Assembly (NCBI GenBank): GCA_965602635.1
Contig: CBFCZU010000001.1
Coordinates: 3,522-67,521 of the forward strand
Source of the DNA: an uncultured Planctomycetales bacterium
GTDB lineage: Bacteria; Planctomycetota; Phycisphaerae; SM23-33
Length of the DNA stretch: 64,000 nt
Direction of reading: 5' to 3'
Shown: positions 18,384 through 29,005 of the stretch, one piece after another
Layout of the letters: each line of letters starts with the position of its first letter
How positions within the stretch are numbered: position 1 is the first letter of the stretch
Position numbers and translations under genes: made by a program
The notes under the pieces: model-generated
Told to the model about the DNA's origin: nothing
Seen by the model: the letters and a program-made list of their open reading frames with translations, nothing else
The model's database searches: none

Positions 18384-19391
18384 ATGAGATTACCGGCATT
18401 ACTGGCGTGTCTGCTGGCAGCGGGGGCCGTCTCCTGCGGCGGCAAGGACAAGGACCGGGACCGGCAGGTGGTGCTTTACTGCTCCGTGGATCAGGCGATC
18501 GCCGAGCCGATCGTCGCCGAGTTCGAGAAGCGCACGGGCATCGAAGTGCTTGCCCGCTACGACACCGAGCAGAGCAAGACGGTGGGGCTGGTGGCGAAGA
18601 TCCGGGCCGAGGCCGGCAGTCCCGCCGCCGACGTGTTCTGGTCCAACGAGGTCTTCCACACCGTCCGTCTTGCCGGCGAGGGGCTGCTGGCCCGGTACGA
18701 CGGCGAGGGTGTCCGCGACTGGCCCCGGCGGTTCGCCGACCCGAAGGGGCGCTGGCACGGGTTCGCCCTGCGTTGGCGTGTGATCGGCTATCACACCGCC
18801 CGTGTCTCGGCCGACGATGCCCCCAAGAGCCTTGAGGAATTGCGCGACCCGCGGTGGAAGGGGAATATCGCCATGGCCCGACCGGCGTTCGGCACCACCG
18901 GCGGCGACGTGGCCAGTTGGTTCGCCCGCTACGGCCCGGAGCAGGCCCGGGAGATCCTTCGCTCGCTCAAGGCCAACGGCGTGCGCATGGTTGACGGCAA
19001 CAGCACGGCCGTGCGCATGGTCGCCACCGGCCAGGCGCTCGTCTGCATGACCGACACCGACGACGTGTACGCCGCCCAGCGCAGGGGCTGGCCCGTCGCC
19101 ATGAACCCGCTCGACCAGGGCGGGCGCGGCGCCCTGTCGATCCCCAACACCGCCGCCCTCGTAAAGGGCGGGCCGAACCCGGCAACCGCCCGCGAGCTGA
19201 TGGCCTTCCTGCTGAGCGAGGACGTCGAGGAGATGCTCGCCGCCAGCGATTCGCACAACATGCCCATCCGCCCCGCGCTGGCCAAGCGCTTCGCCGCCTA
19301 CGCCGTCGGCAAGACGCTGGACATGAGCTACGAGCGGGTGGCCGAAGAGCTGCCCCGGGCCATCCGCGAAGCCGGGGAGATCCTCCCCTGA
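18384..19391 (+). CDS. ABC transporter periplasmic substrate-binding lipoprotein, Fe(III)-type (FbpA/AfuA-like)
   Basis: Lipoprotein signal MRLPALLACLLAAGAVSCGG; FbpA-like N-lobe …VVLYCSVDQAIAEPIVAEFEKRTGIEV…ADVFWSNEV…. Confidence 0.7.
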   Translation: MRLPALLACLLAAGAVSCGGKDKDRDRQVVLYCSVDQAIAEPIVAEFEKRTGIEVLARYDTEQSKTVGLVAKIRAEAGSPAADVFWSNEVFHTVRLAGEGLLARYDGEGVRDWPRRFADPKGRWHGFALRWRVIGYHTARVSADDAPKSLEELRDPRWKGNIAMARPAFGTTGGDVASWFARYGPEQAREILRSLKANGVRMVDGNSTAVRMVATGQALVCMTDTDDVYAAQRRGWPVAMNPLDQGGRGALSIPNTAALVKGGPNPATARELMAFLLSEDVEEMLAASDSHNMPIRPALAKRFAAYAVGKTLDMSYERVAEELPRAIREAGEILP

Positions 19392-19450
19392 TCCGTTCGG
19401 CGTCGCCAGCCCGGCAGCGGCACCTGGGCCCCACGGGCGGCCTGGCGGGA

Positions 19451-21925
19451 ATGCTGCTGGCGGGCGCGGGACTAGCGGGATGGCTGGCGGTGATCGTGGT
19501 CCCGCTGGGGTTCCTGTTCATCTCATCCTTCTCCGGTCCCTCGGCGGGCGCAGCCGCCTGGCCGGTGGGGCGGATCGCCGCCTTGACGGGCCGTTCCTTT
19601 GCCCTGGCCGGGGGAATCGCCGCACTGGCGGTCGTGCTGGGATACCTGCCCGGCAGGTGCCTGGGAACCACCCGCCGACCGGGGTTGATGCTCGCCCTGA
19701 TCCTCGCGCCGCTGCTGCTGCCCCGATACGTCGCGTATTACGCATGGTGGCTGCCGCTGAGCCCGACCACGGCGATCGGCAGGTTCCTGGCCCAGCACGG
19801 CGAGCTGTCGCGGTTCGTCCACGGCGCAACGACCTGGATGGCGCTGGTGCTGTGGTTCTGGCCCCTGGCGGCTCTGCTGATCGGGCAGGGCTGGCGGGGG
19901 ATGGACGAGGAGGTCCTCCAGAGCGCCCGCCTCGAGGCCGGCAAGGCCAGGCGCTTCGCCCGGGTGACCCTGCCGCTGCTGGCGCCCTCGCTGGTGCTGG
20001 CATTCGGAGTGTGCCTGGTGCTGGCGCTGTCGGAGCTGGGGACGTTCGACCTCGCCGGCATCGAGACCCTCGGCACGAAGATCGGGCTGGAGCTGGCGCG
20101 GACCTACCAGTTGACCGGCTCGGCCGCCGCCACTGCCCGGGCGGGCGCGCCGCTGACGGTCGTGGCCCTGGTGGTGGGGATCGCCCTGTCCCGGCGGCTG
20201 CGGGGCGAGTCGGTTCAGCCGCCCGCGGGCCCGCCAAGGGCGCCGCTGCCGGCCGCCGGGCGGGTCGTCGTCGCGCTGCTGGTGGGGCTGTCGGTTCTCG
20301 GGCCGCTGGGACTGCTCGTCGGGCACGTCAGCGAAGCGGGCCCCTACAGGGACTTCTGGCGACTGCACTCCGACGAGGTGGGCTGGTCGCTGATCACCGC
20401 CGCCGCCGCGGCAGGCCTGGCCCTGGTCATCGCGGCGGGTGCGCTGCTCAGCCGTGGCCGGGGGAGACTGGGCAGCTGGCTGTCGGGGGCGGTCTATTCC
20501 ACTATCTTCCTGGCAATGTTCCTGCCCGGGGCGCTGATCGGCATCTCGCTGCTCCGCCTGGCCTCGTCCGCGGGCCTCCCGGCGAGCATCCGCGGCGGGT
20601 GGTACTTCGTCTCGCTCGGGCAGGCGGCGCGGTTCGCCGGGCTGGCCCTCATCGTCCTGCAACTGGCGCGGGACAGCCGCGACAGACACCTGGCGGAGAT
20701 GGCCTCGACTGACGGGGCCTCCGCCGTGCAGCGCTGGCGGTACGTGCACCTTCCGCGTGTCTGGCCGACCGCGGTCGCCGCCTTCGTGCTCGTGGCCATG
20801 TTCAGCATGACGGAGCTTGCCGCCACCATGGTCCTGCTGCCGGCCGGGGTGCCGAACTTCGCCCAGAGCCTGCTCAACCAGATGCACTACCTCCGCGATC
20901 AGCAGGTGATCGCCTCCTGCCTGGCGCTGGTGGGCGTTTACGCGGCGCTGGCGGGGCTGATTGCCGGCCTGGTCTGGCTCATCCGCGCCCGCCCGGGGCG
21001 TCTGGTGGCGGTTGTGGCCCTGGCGGCGCTGGCGGTGGGCGGGTGCGAGTCGAAGCCCTCCGACAAGGGCTCGGCGAAGGTCCTGGGCGTCATCGGCCGC
21101 AGCGGCCCCGGCGACGGCGAGTTCATCTACCCCCGCGCCATCGACCTGGCCGGCGACGGGACAATCTACGTGGCGGACAAGACAGGGCGGATTCAGCGTC
21201 TCAGCCGCGACGGCCGGGCGCTGGCGGTCTTTCGGATGCCGCAGGTCCAGGCCGGCAAGACCACGGGCATCAGCCTCGGGCCCGACGGCAACCTCTACGT
21301 CGCCGACACGCACTACCACCGAGTGGTGGTCTTATCGCCGGCCGGGAAGATCGTCCGCGAGTTCGGCAGCTTCGGCACCGGCGGCGGGCAGTTCGTCTAT
21401 CCGACCGACGTGGCCTTCGCGCCCGACGGGCGCATCTTCGTCAGCGAGTACGGCGGCAACGACCGGGTCAGCGTGTTCACCGCCGCCGGCGAGTTCCTCT
21501 CCAACTTCGGCTCGCGCGGGGGCGGCGCCGGCGAGCTGTCGCGCCCGTCCGCGCTGTGCGTGGACAGCTCGGCGGGGGTGCTCTACGTCGCCGACGCGTG
21601 CAATCATCGCATCGCCCGGTACAATCTTGACGGCCGGTTGCTGGGGTACATGGCCTCGGCCGGGCAGGGGAGGGGTCAACTGCGGTATCCTTACGACCTG
21701 GCGCTGCTGCCCGACGGGCGGCTGCTGGTGTGCGAGTACGGCAACAACCGCATTCAATTGTTCAGCCGGGGCGGCGAGTCGCTGGGCGTCTTCGGCGGAC
21801 CCGGGCGGCGGCTGGGGCAACTGGCATACCCCTGGGCAGTGGCCGCCGACGCCGCCGGCCGCGTGTACGTCGTAGATGCCGGCAACGATCGCGTGCAGAT
21901 ATGGGACAACCTCCGACCATACTGA
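19451..21925 (+). CDS. two-domain ABC permease (FbpB-like) continuous with a C-terminal periplasmic NHL-repeat domain
   Basis: 824-aa single ORF. Residues 1-~518 hold two permease halves, each with an EAA-like loop (…EAGKARRFARVTLPLLAPSL… and …VQRWRYVHLPRVWPTA…). Then comes the basic tail RARPGR, a hydrophobic helix LVAVVALAALAVGG, and six NHL repeats (…YVADKTGRIQRL…, …LYVADTHYHRVVVL…, …IFVSEYGGNDRVSVF…). There is no stop and no ATG between the two parts. If separate, the NHL lipoprotein would need a GTG/CTG start near 21002-21005 and a signal peptide with no positive n-region. Confidence 0.6.
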   Translation: MLLAGAGLAGWLAVIVVPLGFLFISSFSGPSAGAAAWPVGRIAALTGRSFALAGGIAALAVVLGYLPGRCLGTTRRPGLMLALILAPLLLPRYVAYYAWWLPLSPTTAIGRFLAQHGELSRFVHGATTWMALVLWFWPLAALLIGQGWRGMDEEVLQSARLEAGKARRFARVTLPLLAPSLVLAFGVCLVLALSELGTFDLAGIETLGTKIGLELARTYQLTGSAAATARAGAPLTVVALVVGIALSRRLRGESVQPPAGPPRAPLPAAGRVVVALLVGLSVLGPLGLLVGHVSEAGPYRDFWRLHSDEVGWSLITAAAAAGLALVIAAGALLSRGRGRLGSWLSGAVYSTIFLAMFLPGALIGISLLRLASSAGLPASIRGGWYFVSLGQAARFAGLALIVLQLARDSRDRHLAEMASTDGASAVQRWRYVHLPRVWPTAVAAFVLVAMFSMTELAATMVLLPAGVPNFAQSLLNQMHYLRDQQVIASCLALVGVYAALAGLIAGLVWLIRARPGRLVAVVALAALAVGGCESKPSDKGSAKVLGVIGRSGPGDGEFIYPRAIDLAGDGTIYVADKTGRIQRLSRDGRALAVFRMPQVQAGKTTGISLGPDGNLYVADTHYHRVVVLSPAGKIVREFGSFGTGGGQFVYPTDVAFAPDGRIFVSEYGGNDRVSVFTAAGEFLSNFGSRGGGAGELSRPSALCVDSSAGVLYVADACNHRIARYNLDGRLLGYMASAGQGRGQLRYPYDLALLPDGRLLVCEYGNNRIQLFSRGGESLGVFGGPGRRLGQLAYPWAVAADAAGRVYVVDAGNDRVQIWDNLRPY

Positions 21926-21944
21926 AGATGAGCTGGAGTCGCCC

Positions 21945-24914
21945 GTGATCGCCGCGGTGGGATTCCGTTTCGCCCAGCCGTGGTGGCTGCTGGCCTGTGC
22001 GCTGGCGGTGCCGGTGGTCTGGCTGGGCTGGCGCAGCCTCGCCTCGCTCGGCAGGGCGCGGCGCGTCGCGGCCATCGGCCTGCGCGTGCTGGTCATCTGG
22101 CTGCTGGCGGCCCTGCTGGCCAGGCCGATGCTCAGCTCCAAGCACGAGGAGCTGACGCTGATCGCCGTCATCGACCGCAGCCGGTCCATCCCCACCGAGC
22201 CGGTGGACGTGCAGGCGGAGGCGATGGATTACCTGGCCCAGGCCGTCGCGAGCAAGCCCCCGGGCGACCAACTGGCCGTGATCGACGTCGGCGAGCAGGC
22301 CCTGATCGCCCGCCTGCCGTCGGTGAGCACGGAGGTCCCTCAGCGGAACATCTCGCTTCCGGGCGAGCAGAGCGCCCTGGCCGGCGGGGTGGAGCTGGCG
22401 CTGGCCATCGCGCCTCCCGATACGGCCACCAGGATATTGCTGATCAGCGACGGGAACGAGACTGCCGGCGACCTGGCCGGGGCCGCCAGGGTGGCGGCCG
22501 CCAACTCCATCCCCATCGACGTCCTGCCGGTGAGGTACAAGTACGAGCGCGAGGTGGTGTTCCGCCGGCTGGTCGCCCCGTCGCGGGCGCGGAGCGGGCA
22601 GACGGTCGACCTGCGGTTCGTGCTGGCAAGCACGGCCAAGGCACAAGGCCGGCTGACCCTCAGCCTCAACGGCCGGCCCGTGGACCTCGACCCGACCACC
22701 GTCGGCATGGCCGTGCCCGTCACCCTCCAGCCCGGCACCAACGTCAAGACCATCTCCCTGCCGCTGGGGACGCGGGGGATGCACGACTTCGAGGCTATCT
22801 TCATCCCCGACCAGGCCGACCCGCCCTTCGACCGGCTGGCCGCCAACAACCGCGCCGCGGCCATGACCTTCGTCGCCGGGCCCGGCCACGTGCTGGTCGT
22901 GGACGGCGACGGCAAGTCCGGCGCCGACCTGGCCGGCGCCCTGGGCAAGGCCGGAATGGACGTGAGGCACTGCCTGGCGTCGGAGCTGCCCGAGAACCTC
23001 ACCGCCCTGCTGGACGCCGACGCCGTCGTCCTGGTCAACGCCGAGAACAGCTCCTTCACCTTCCGCCAGCAGGAGATGCTCTGCCGGTACGTCGCCGACA
23101 TGGGCGGCGGGCTGGTCATGGTCGGCGGCCCGGAGTCGTTCGGCGCCGGCGGCTGGATCGGCTCGCCCGCCGCCAGAGTCATCCCCGTGGACCTCGACCC
23201 GCCACAGAAGAAGGTCATGCCCAAGGGCGCGCTGGTGCTGATCATGCACGCCTGCGAGATGCCGCAGGGCAACTTCTGGGGCAAGCAGACCGCCATTGCC
23301 GCGGCGAAGAGCCTCAGCCGGCGCGACCTGGTGGGTGTGCTGGATTACGGCTGGCAGGCCGGCGCCCCCAACTGGGTCTATCCGCTCAGCGAGGTCGGAG
23401 ACAAGCAGGCCGTCACCGCCGCCATCCGGAGGATGACCATGGGCGACATGCCGGACTTCGGCCCGCCCATGCAGGTGGCCTACGACAAGCTCAAGGCCTG
23501 CGACGCCGCCCAGAAGCACATCATCATTATCAGCGACGGCGACCCGCAGATGCCCAAGAAGGAGAAGGGTTTGCTCAAGAAGCTGCGCAAGGCCGGCATC
23601 ACCTGCAGCGGGGTGGCGGTGTTTCCGCACGATCCGGGGCACGTGGCCTCGCTGGTGAAGATCGCCCGGGCCACCGGCGGGCGGTTCTACAACGTCAAGG
23701 ACCCCAAGCAGCTTCCGCGGATCTTTATCAAGGAGGCACAGGTCGTCCGCCGGGCGCTGATCGTGGAAGAGAAATTCACCCCCAAGGCGACCGGCAGCAT
23801 GGCGATTCGCGGCCTGCCGCTTCGGTCGCTGCCGGACCTCGACGGGTACGTGCTCACCGGCCCCAAGAAAGGGCTGACGCGCGTGGCGCTTACCTCGGCC
23901 AGGGGCGACCCCCTGCTGGCGACCGGGCAGATGGGCATGGGCCGGGCTGTTGCCTTCACCAGCTCAGCCGACAGCCGCTGGGCCTCGCGCTGGCTGGCAT
24001 GGGGCGGCTTCCAGCGCTTCTGGGAGCAGATCGTCCGCTGGGCAGGCAAGCCCGCACAGGCGTCGGACTGCGAGGTGTACACCGACGTGCACGGGCGCAA
24101 CGTCACCGTCAGCGTCGAGGCGGTCAACGCCGCCGGCGAATTCGTGCAACTGACCGACATCGGCGGGCACGTCATCGCCCCCGACATGTCCAGGAAGGAG
24201 CTGACCGTCAGCCAGGTCGGCCCGGGCTCATACCGGGCCGGCTTCGACGCCGCACAGTTCGGCGGCTTCCTTGTCAGCCTGCGCTACCGCAAGGCCGGGG
24301 CCGACAGTACGTCGCTGATCCAGACCGTGGCCATCGTCCCGTACGCGCCCGAGTTCGAGGACCTAACCGACAATCTGCCCCTGCTCGCCCGGGTGGCGGC
24401 GAGCACGGGCGGGCGAGTTCTCGGGGGCGATCCGAGCAAGGTCAACCTGTTCGATCGGTCGGGGCTGCGCTTCCCCGAGACGCCGCTTCCGCTCACGAGG
24501 CCGCTGATGCTGATCTGGCTGGGGCTGTTCCTGCTGGACGTTGCGGTCCGGCGGGTGGCGTTGGACGTTCGCTCAGCCGCTCGACGGGTGGGGGCGGCGC
24601 TGGGGCGCCTGCGGCCGCGACGCGACGCCGCCGGCCGAACGCTGGCACGGCTCCAGGCCCGGCGACGCCAGGTGCGCGACCGGCTCGTCGCCCGTGGCCG
24701 GAAGGGCGCCGCGGCAAGACGCTACGAGGCGCCCGAGGGCGGCCCCGAGCCGCCGGAGCTTCCCCTGGCCGAGCAGCGGCCGGAGGCGCCGGCCGTCGAG
24801 CAGGGCGAAGCCCAACGCCCAACCGAGCAGCCAGAGGATGAGAGCCACCTGGGCCGGCTGCTACGCGCCAAACGCCAGGCGCGAGATCGCATGAAAAAGG
24901 ACAAGGACAAGTAG
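21945..24914 (+). CDS. large BatA-like membrane protein with VWA domains
   Basis: ~990 aa from GTG 21945 (GGAG RBS 7 nt upstream); the in-frame ATG at 21876 overlaps the previous gene. N-terminal BatA_N-like double-TM (…FRFAQPWWLLACALAVPVVWLGW…); VWA-like blocks (…LIAVIDRSRSI…, …IIIISDGDPQ…); C-terminal TM followed by a basic Arg/Lys tail. Confidence 0.7.
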   Translation: MIAAVGFRFAQPWWLLACALAVPVVWLGWRSLASLGRARRVAAIGLRVLVIWLLAALLARPMLSSKHEELTLIAVIDRSRSIPTEPVDVQAEAMDYLAQAVASKPPGDQLAVIDVGEQALIARLPSVSTEVPQRNISLPGEQSALAGGVELALAIAPPDTATRILLISDGNETAGDLAGAARVAAANSIPIDVLPVRYKYEREVVFRRLVAPSRARSGQTVDLRFVLASTAKAQGRLTLSLNGRPVDLDPTTVGMAVPVTLQPGTNVKTISLPLGTRGMHDFEAIFIPDQADPPFDRLAANNRAAAMTFVAGPGHVLVVDGDGKSGADLAGALGKAGMDVRHCLASELPENLTALLDADAVVLVNAENSSFTFRQQEMLCRYVADMGGGLVMVGGPESFGAGGWIGSPAARVIPVDLDPPQKKVMPKGALVLIMHACEMPQGNFWGKQTAIAAAKSLSRRDLVGVLDYGWQAGAPNWVYPLSEVGDKQAVTAAIRRMTMGDMPDFGPPMQVAYDKLKACDAAQKHIIIISDGDPQMPKKEKGLLKKLRKAGITCSGVAVFPHDPGHVASLVKIARATGGRFYNVKDPKQLPRIFIKEAQVVRRALIVEEKFTPKATGSMAIRGLPLRSLPDLDGYVLTGPKKGLTRVALTSARGDPLLATGQMGMGRAVAFTSSADSRWASRWLAWGGFQRFWEQIVRWAGKPAQASDCEVYTDVHGRNVTVSVEAVNAAGEFVQLTDIGGHVIAPDMSRKELTVSQVGPGSYRAGFDAAQFGGFLVSLRYRKAGADSTSLIQTVAIVPYAPEFEDLTDNLPLLARVAASTGGRVLGGDPSKVNLFDRSGLRFPETPLPLTRPLMLIWLGLFLLDVAVRRVALDVRSAARRVGAALGRLRPRRDAAGRTLARLQARRRQVRDRLVARGRKGAAARRYEAPEGGPEPPELPLAEQRPEAPAVEQGEAQRPTEQPEDESHLGRLLRAKRQARDRMKKDKDK

Positions 24915-24961
24915 TCGCCCACTGACGGCGGCAACGATACGAGCGAAGGAGAAAAGCGGAC

Positions 24962-25987
<1,026 letters not shown>

Positions 25988-26005
25988 GCGACGGGCAAAT
26001 GTCTA

Positions 26006-26920
26006 ATGACGAATGACGGGATCGCGAAAACTCGCAGCCGCCTGACCGAGCTTCTGGATCCGCAATTCATGGCCCGGCTGGACGCGCTGGACATACTCTC
26101 GCGGAAGATCCTTCAGGGCAAGGTCCATGGCGAGCGGCGGAGCAAGCGCCGCGGCCAGAGCGTCGAGTTCGCCGACCACCGCCCGTACGTGGCGGGCGAC
26201 GACCTGCGGTTCGTGGACTGGAACATCTACGCCCGGCTGGACCAGTTGTTCCTCAAGCTCTTCCTGGCCGAGGAGGACCTGACGGTGCACGTGCTGCTCG
26301 ACGCCACGGCCTCGATGGCCGGCGGCGAGCCGCCCAAGAGCCGTGCCGCCAGGCGCCTGGCCGCCGCCCTGAGCTACATCGCACTGGTCAACAACAACCG
26401 CCTCACCGTCAGCACCTTCGCCGACGGGCTGACCGGGCAGATCGCAAACATGCGCGGGCGGGGGTACCTCCACCAGATGGGCGAGTTCCTCCTGGAAGCC
26501 CCGGCCGAGGGGTCCTCCGACTTCGACAGGGCGTGCAGGCAGGTCGCCGCCGGGCGGATCGGCTCGGGGGTGATGATCGTGCTGTCGGACATGCTTCTCA
26601 AGGAAGGCTACGCCGACGGCCTGCGGCGGCTGATGAGCGGCAACTATGACCTGTACGTAATACAGATGCTCAGCCCGCAGGAGCTCTCGCCGGATCTGTC
26701 GGGCGACCTGAGGCTGCTGGACATGGAGGACGCCGACGAGGCGGAGGTGACCGTCAGCGCCGCCCTGCTGAGCTACTACAAGCGGACGGTGTCGGCCTAC
26801 TGCAACGAGCTGAAGGCCTTCTGCTCCCGGCGCGGGGCGGTGTACGTGCTGACCGACTCGGGCAAGCCCGTCGAGCCGCTGGTGCTGAACTACCTCAGGC
26901 GGAGAGGACTGTTGAGATAA
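26006..26920 (+). CDS. DUF58 protein (VWA-like partner of MoxR)
   Basis: 304 aa; DUF58 signature …GERRSKRRGQSVEFADHRPYVAGDDLRFVDWN…. Confidence 0.85.
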   Translation: MTNDGIAKTRSRLTELLDPQFMARLDALDILSRKILQGKVHGERRSKRRGQSVEFADHRPYVAGDDLRFVDWNIYARLDQLFLKLFLAEEDLTVHVLLDATASMAGGEPPKSRAARRLAAALSYIALVNNNRLTVSTFADGLTGQIANMRGRGYLHQMGEFLLEAPAEGSSDFDRACRQVAAGRIGSGVMIVLSDMLLKEGYADGLRRLMSGNYDLYVIQMLSPQELSPDLSGDLRLLDMEDADEAEVTVSAALLSYYKRTVSAYCNELKAFCSRRGAVYVLTDSGKPVEPLVLNYLRRRGLLR

Positions 26921-26985
26921 TGCATGATGACGAATGACCGATGGCCAGGCAGTCGCAGGGCCTGGCCGACAGGTACTGACCGATC

Positions 26986-28974
26986 ATGGAATTTCTTTCG
27001 CCCTGGACAGCTTTGATCGCCGCAGCGGCTGCGGTGCCGCTGTTGGTTCTGCTCTACTTCCTGAAGCTCAAGCGACGGGAGCAGTTGATCACCAGCACGC
27101 TGCTGTGGAAGCGGGCGGTGCAGGACCTCCAGGTCAACGCGCCGTTTCAGCGGCTTCGGCGGAACATCCTGCTGCTGCTGCAACTGCTCGCGATGCTGGC
27201 GGTGCTGCTGGCGCTGGCTGGGCCCGTGTCGCGTTGGATCGCCGGCGGCGGCAGGCGGTACGTGCTGCTGATCGACCGGTCCGGGAGCATGAACGCCGCC
27301 GACGAGCCGCCCCACACCCGGCTGGAGCAGGCCAAGCGCAAAGCCAAGGCGCTTATCGAGTCCCTCCGCAGCCGGCCCGGCCTGGGAATGGACGACCGGT
27401 CAGACCAGGCCATGGTCATCGCCTTCGACGACCATGCCAAGGTGCTGTGCAACTTCACGTCCGACAAGCGGCAGCTCTCGGCGGCGGTGGAGGCCGTCAG
27501 GGCGACCGACGGGGGCTCCTCGCTGGCCGAGGCCGTCGCCGTCGCCAGGGCCTTCGCGACGTCGCCTGGGGAGGATGCGAACAATCGTTCCGCCACCGAG
27601 GCGGCTGAGCTGGTGCTGTTCAGCGACGGAAAGATCCGCGATCTGGACGACGTTGTGGCGGGCCCGGACGAGCTGAAGTTCCACCGCGTGGGCGAGTCGT
27701 CCGACAACGTGGCGGTCGTCGCCATGCAGGCCAGGCGCTCTTACGAGCATCCCGAACAGGTGGCGGTCTTCGCGGGCCTGGCCAACTGCGGCGGCTCGCC
27801 CGTCAACTGCGAGGTGCAACTGAGCGTTGACGGGCACGTCCGGTCGGTCAGGCCGGTGCGCCTGCCCGCCTGGCAGGGCGGCCGCGACAAGCTGGGGCGC
27901 CTGGGCCAGGCATCGGTGAGCTTCTCGTTCTCCCAGCCGGGCTCGGCGACCGTGGAGGTCCGGCTGCTGGCCGACGATCCCCTGCCGGCCGACAACGCAG
28001 CCTGGGCGATCCTGCCCCCGCCAAAGAAGCTCAGCGTGCTGCTGGTCAGCGCGGGCAACCCCGCCCTGGCAGCGGCGCTGGAGTCCTGCTCGCTGGCCGG
28101 GCTCGACGAGGTCACGCCCGAGCAGTTCGACAAGATGGACAGCTCGGCGCTTGCCCTGAAAGAGCGCTACGACGTCATCGTCCTCGACGGGCACGCCGCC
28201 GCCAAGGCCGAGTCCCTGCCGCGGGGGCAGTATCTCGTTTTCGGCCCGCCGCCGCAGGGCATCGGCGTCCAGACCCGGCGCGTGAACGCCGGGCGTGTGA
28301 TCGTTGACTGGCAGCGGCGTCACCCCGTCCTCCAGCACGTGGACCTGGGCGGCCTGTTCGTCTCGGCCTATCAGCGCATGGTGCTTCCCCGCGACGGCCT
28401 GGCGCTGGCGGAGTTCGCCGACGCCCCGGCCGTGGCCATCCTCCGCCGCGGCGGAAGCGTCTTCCTGCTGGCCGGCTTCGACGTGATGGAAACGAACTGG
28501 CCGTTCGAGCCGGGGCTGGTGATGTTCTGCTACAACGCCACCCGCTACCTGGGCATGGAGCTGGTCCAGACGCAGCAGGCGTCGCTGGCGGCGGGCTCGG
28601 CCCTGGCGGTGCGGGCTCCCGCAGGCGATGTCTCGGAAGCGCACCTCACCGGGCCGGGCGGGCTGGACGTGAAGCTGACCCGGGACTCGTCCGGGACGTT
28701 CCGCTACCCCAAGGCCGCCCGGGCGGGCATATACACCCTCGCCGCGGGCAGGGCCGATACTCCGACCATCACCCGGCGGTTCGCCGTGAACTTCCTGAAC
28801 CCCCGCGAGAGCGACATACATCCGGCCAGTGGGCTGGTCCTCTCAGGCCGGGAGGTCCAGGCCGAAACCGCGCCGGCCCGATCCAACCGAGAGCTTTGGC
28901 CCGTGCTGGTGGCAGTGGCCTTGGCGCTTGTGTGCCTGGAGTGGCTCATCTATAATTCAAAGGTCAGAATCTGA
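26986..28974 (+). CDS. BatA-like VWA-domain membrane protein
   Basis: 662 aa; BatA N-terminus MEFLSPWTALIAAAAAVPLLVLLYFLKLKRR; VWA block …YVLLIDRSGSMNAAD…; C-terminal TM. Confidence 0.8.
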   Translation: MEFLSPWTALIAAAAAVPLLVLLYFLKLKRREQLITSTLLWKRAVQDLQVNAPFQRLRRNILLLLQLLAMLAVLLALAGPVSRWIAGGGRRYVLLIDRSGSMNAADEPPHTRLEQAKRKAKALIESLRSRPGLGMDDRSDQAMVIAFDDHAKVLCNFTSDKRQLSAAVEAVRATDGGSSLAEAVAVARAFATSPGEDANNRSATEAAELVLFSDGKIRDLDDVVAGPDELKFHRVGESSDNVAVVAMQARRSYEHPEQVAVFAGLANCGGSPVNCEVQLSVDGHVRSVRPVRLPAWQGGRDKLGRLGQASVSFSFSQPGSATVEVRLLADDPLPADNAAWAILPPPKKLSVLLVSAGNPALAAALESCSLAGLDEVTPEQFDKMDSSALALKERYDVIVLDGHAAAKAESLPRGQYLVFGPPPQGIGVQTRRVNAGRVIVDWQRRHPVLQHVDLGGLFVSAYQRMVLPRDGLALAEFADAPAVAILRRGGSVFLLAGFDVMETNWPFEPGLVMFCYNATRYLGMELVQTQQASLAAGSALAVRAPAGDVSEAHLTGPGGLDVKLTRDSSGTFRYPKAARAGIYTLAAGRADTPTITRRFAVNFLNPRESDIHPASGLVLSGREVQAETAPARSNRELWPVLVAVALALVCLEWLIYNSKVRI

Positions 28975-29005
28975 AGTGCAATCGCGTTTCCTAACGGGTG
29001 TTGAT

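Noticed and set aside
21005-21925. Calling the NHL-repeat region as an independent lipoprotein gene
   Set aside because: There is no in-frame ATG. A GTG/CTG start would give a signal peptide with no positive n-region, and there is no stop upstream. The fusion is kept as the primary model and the alternative is noted.
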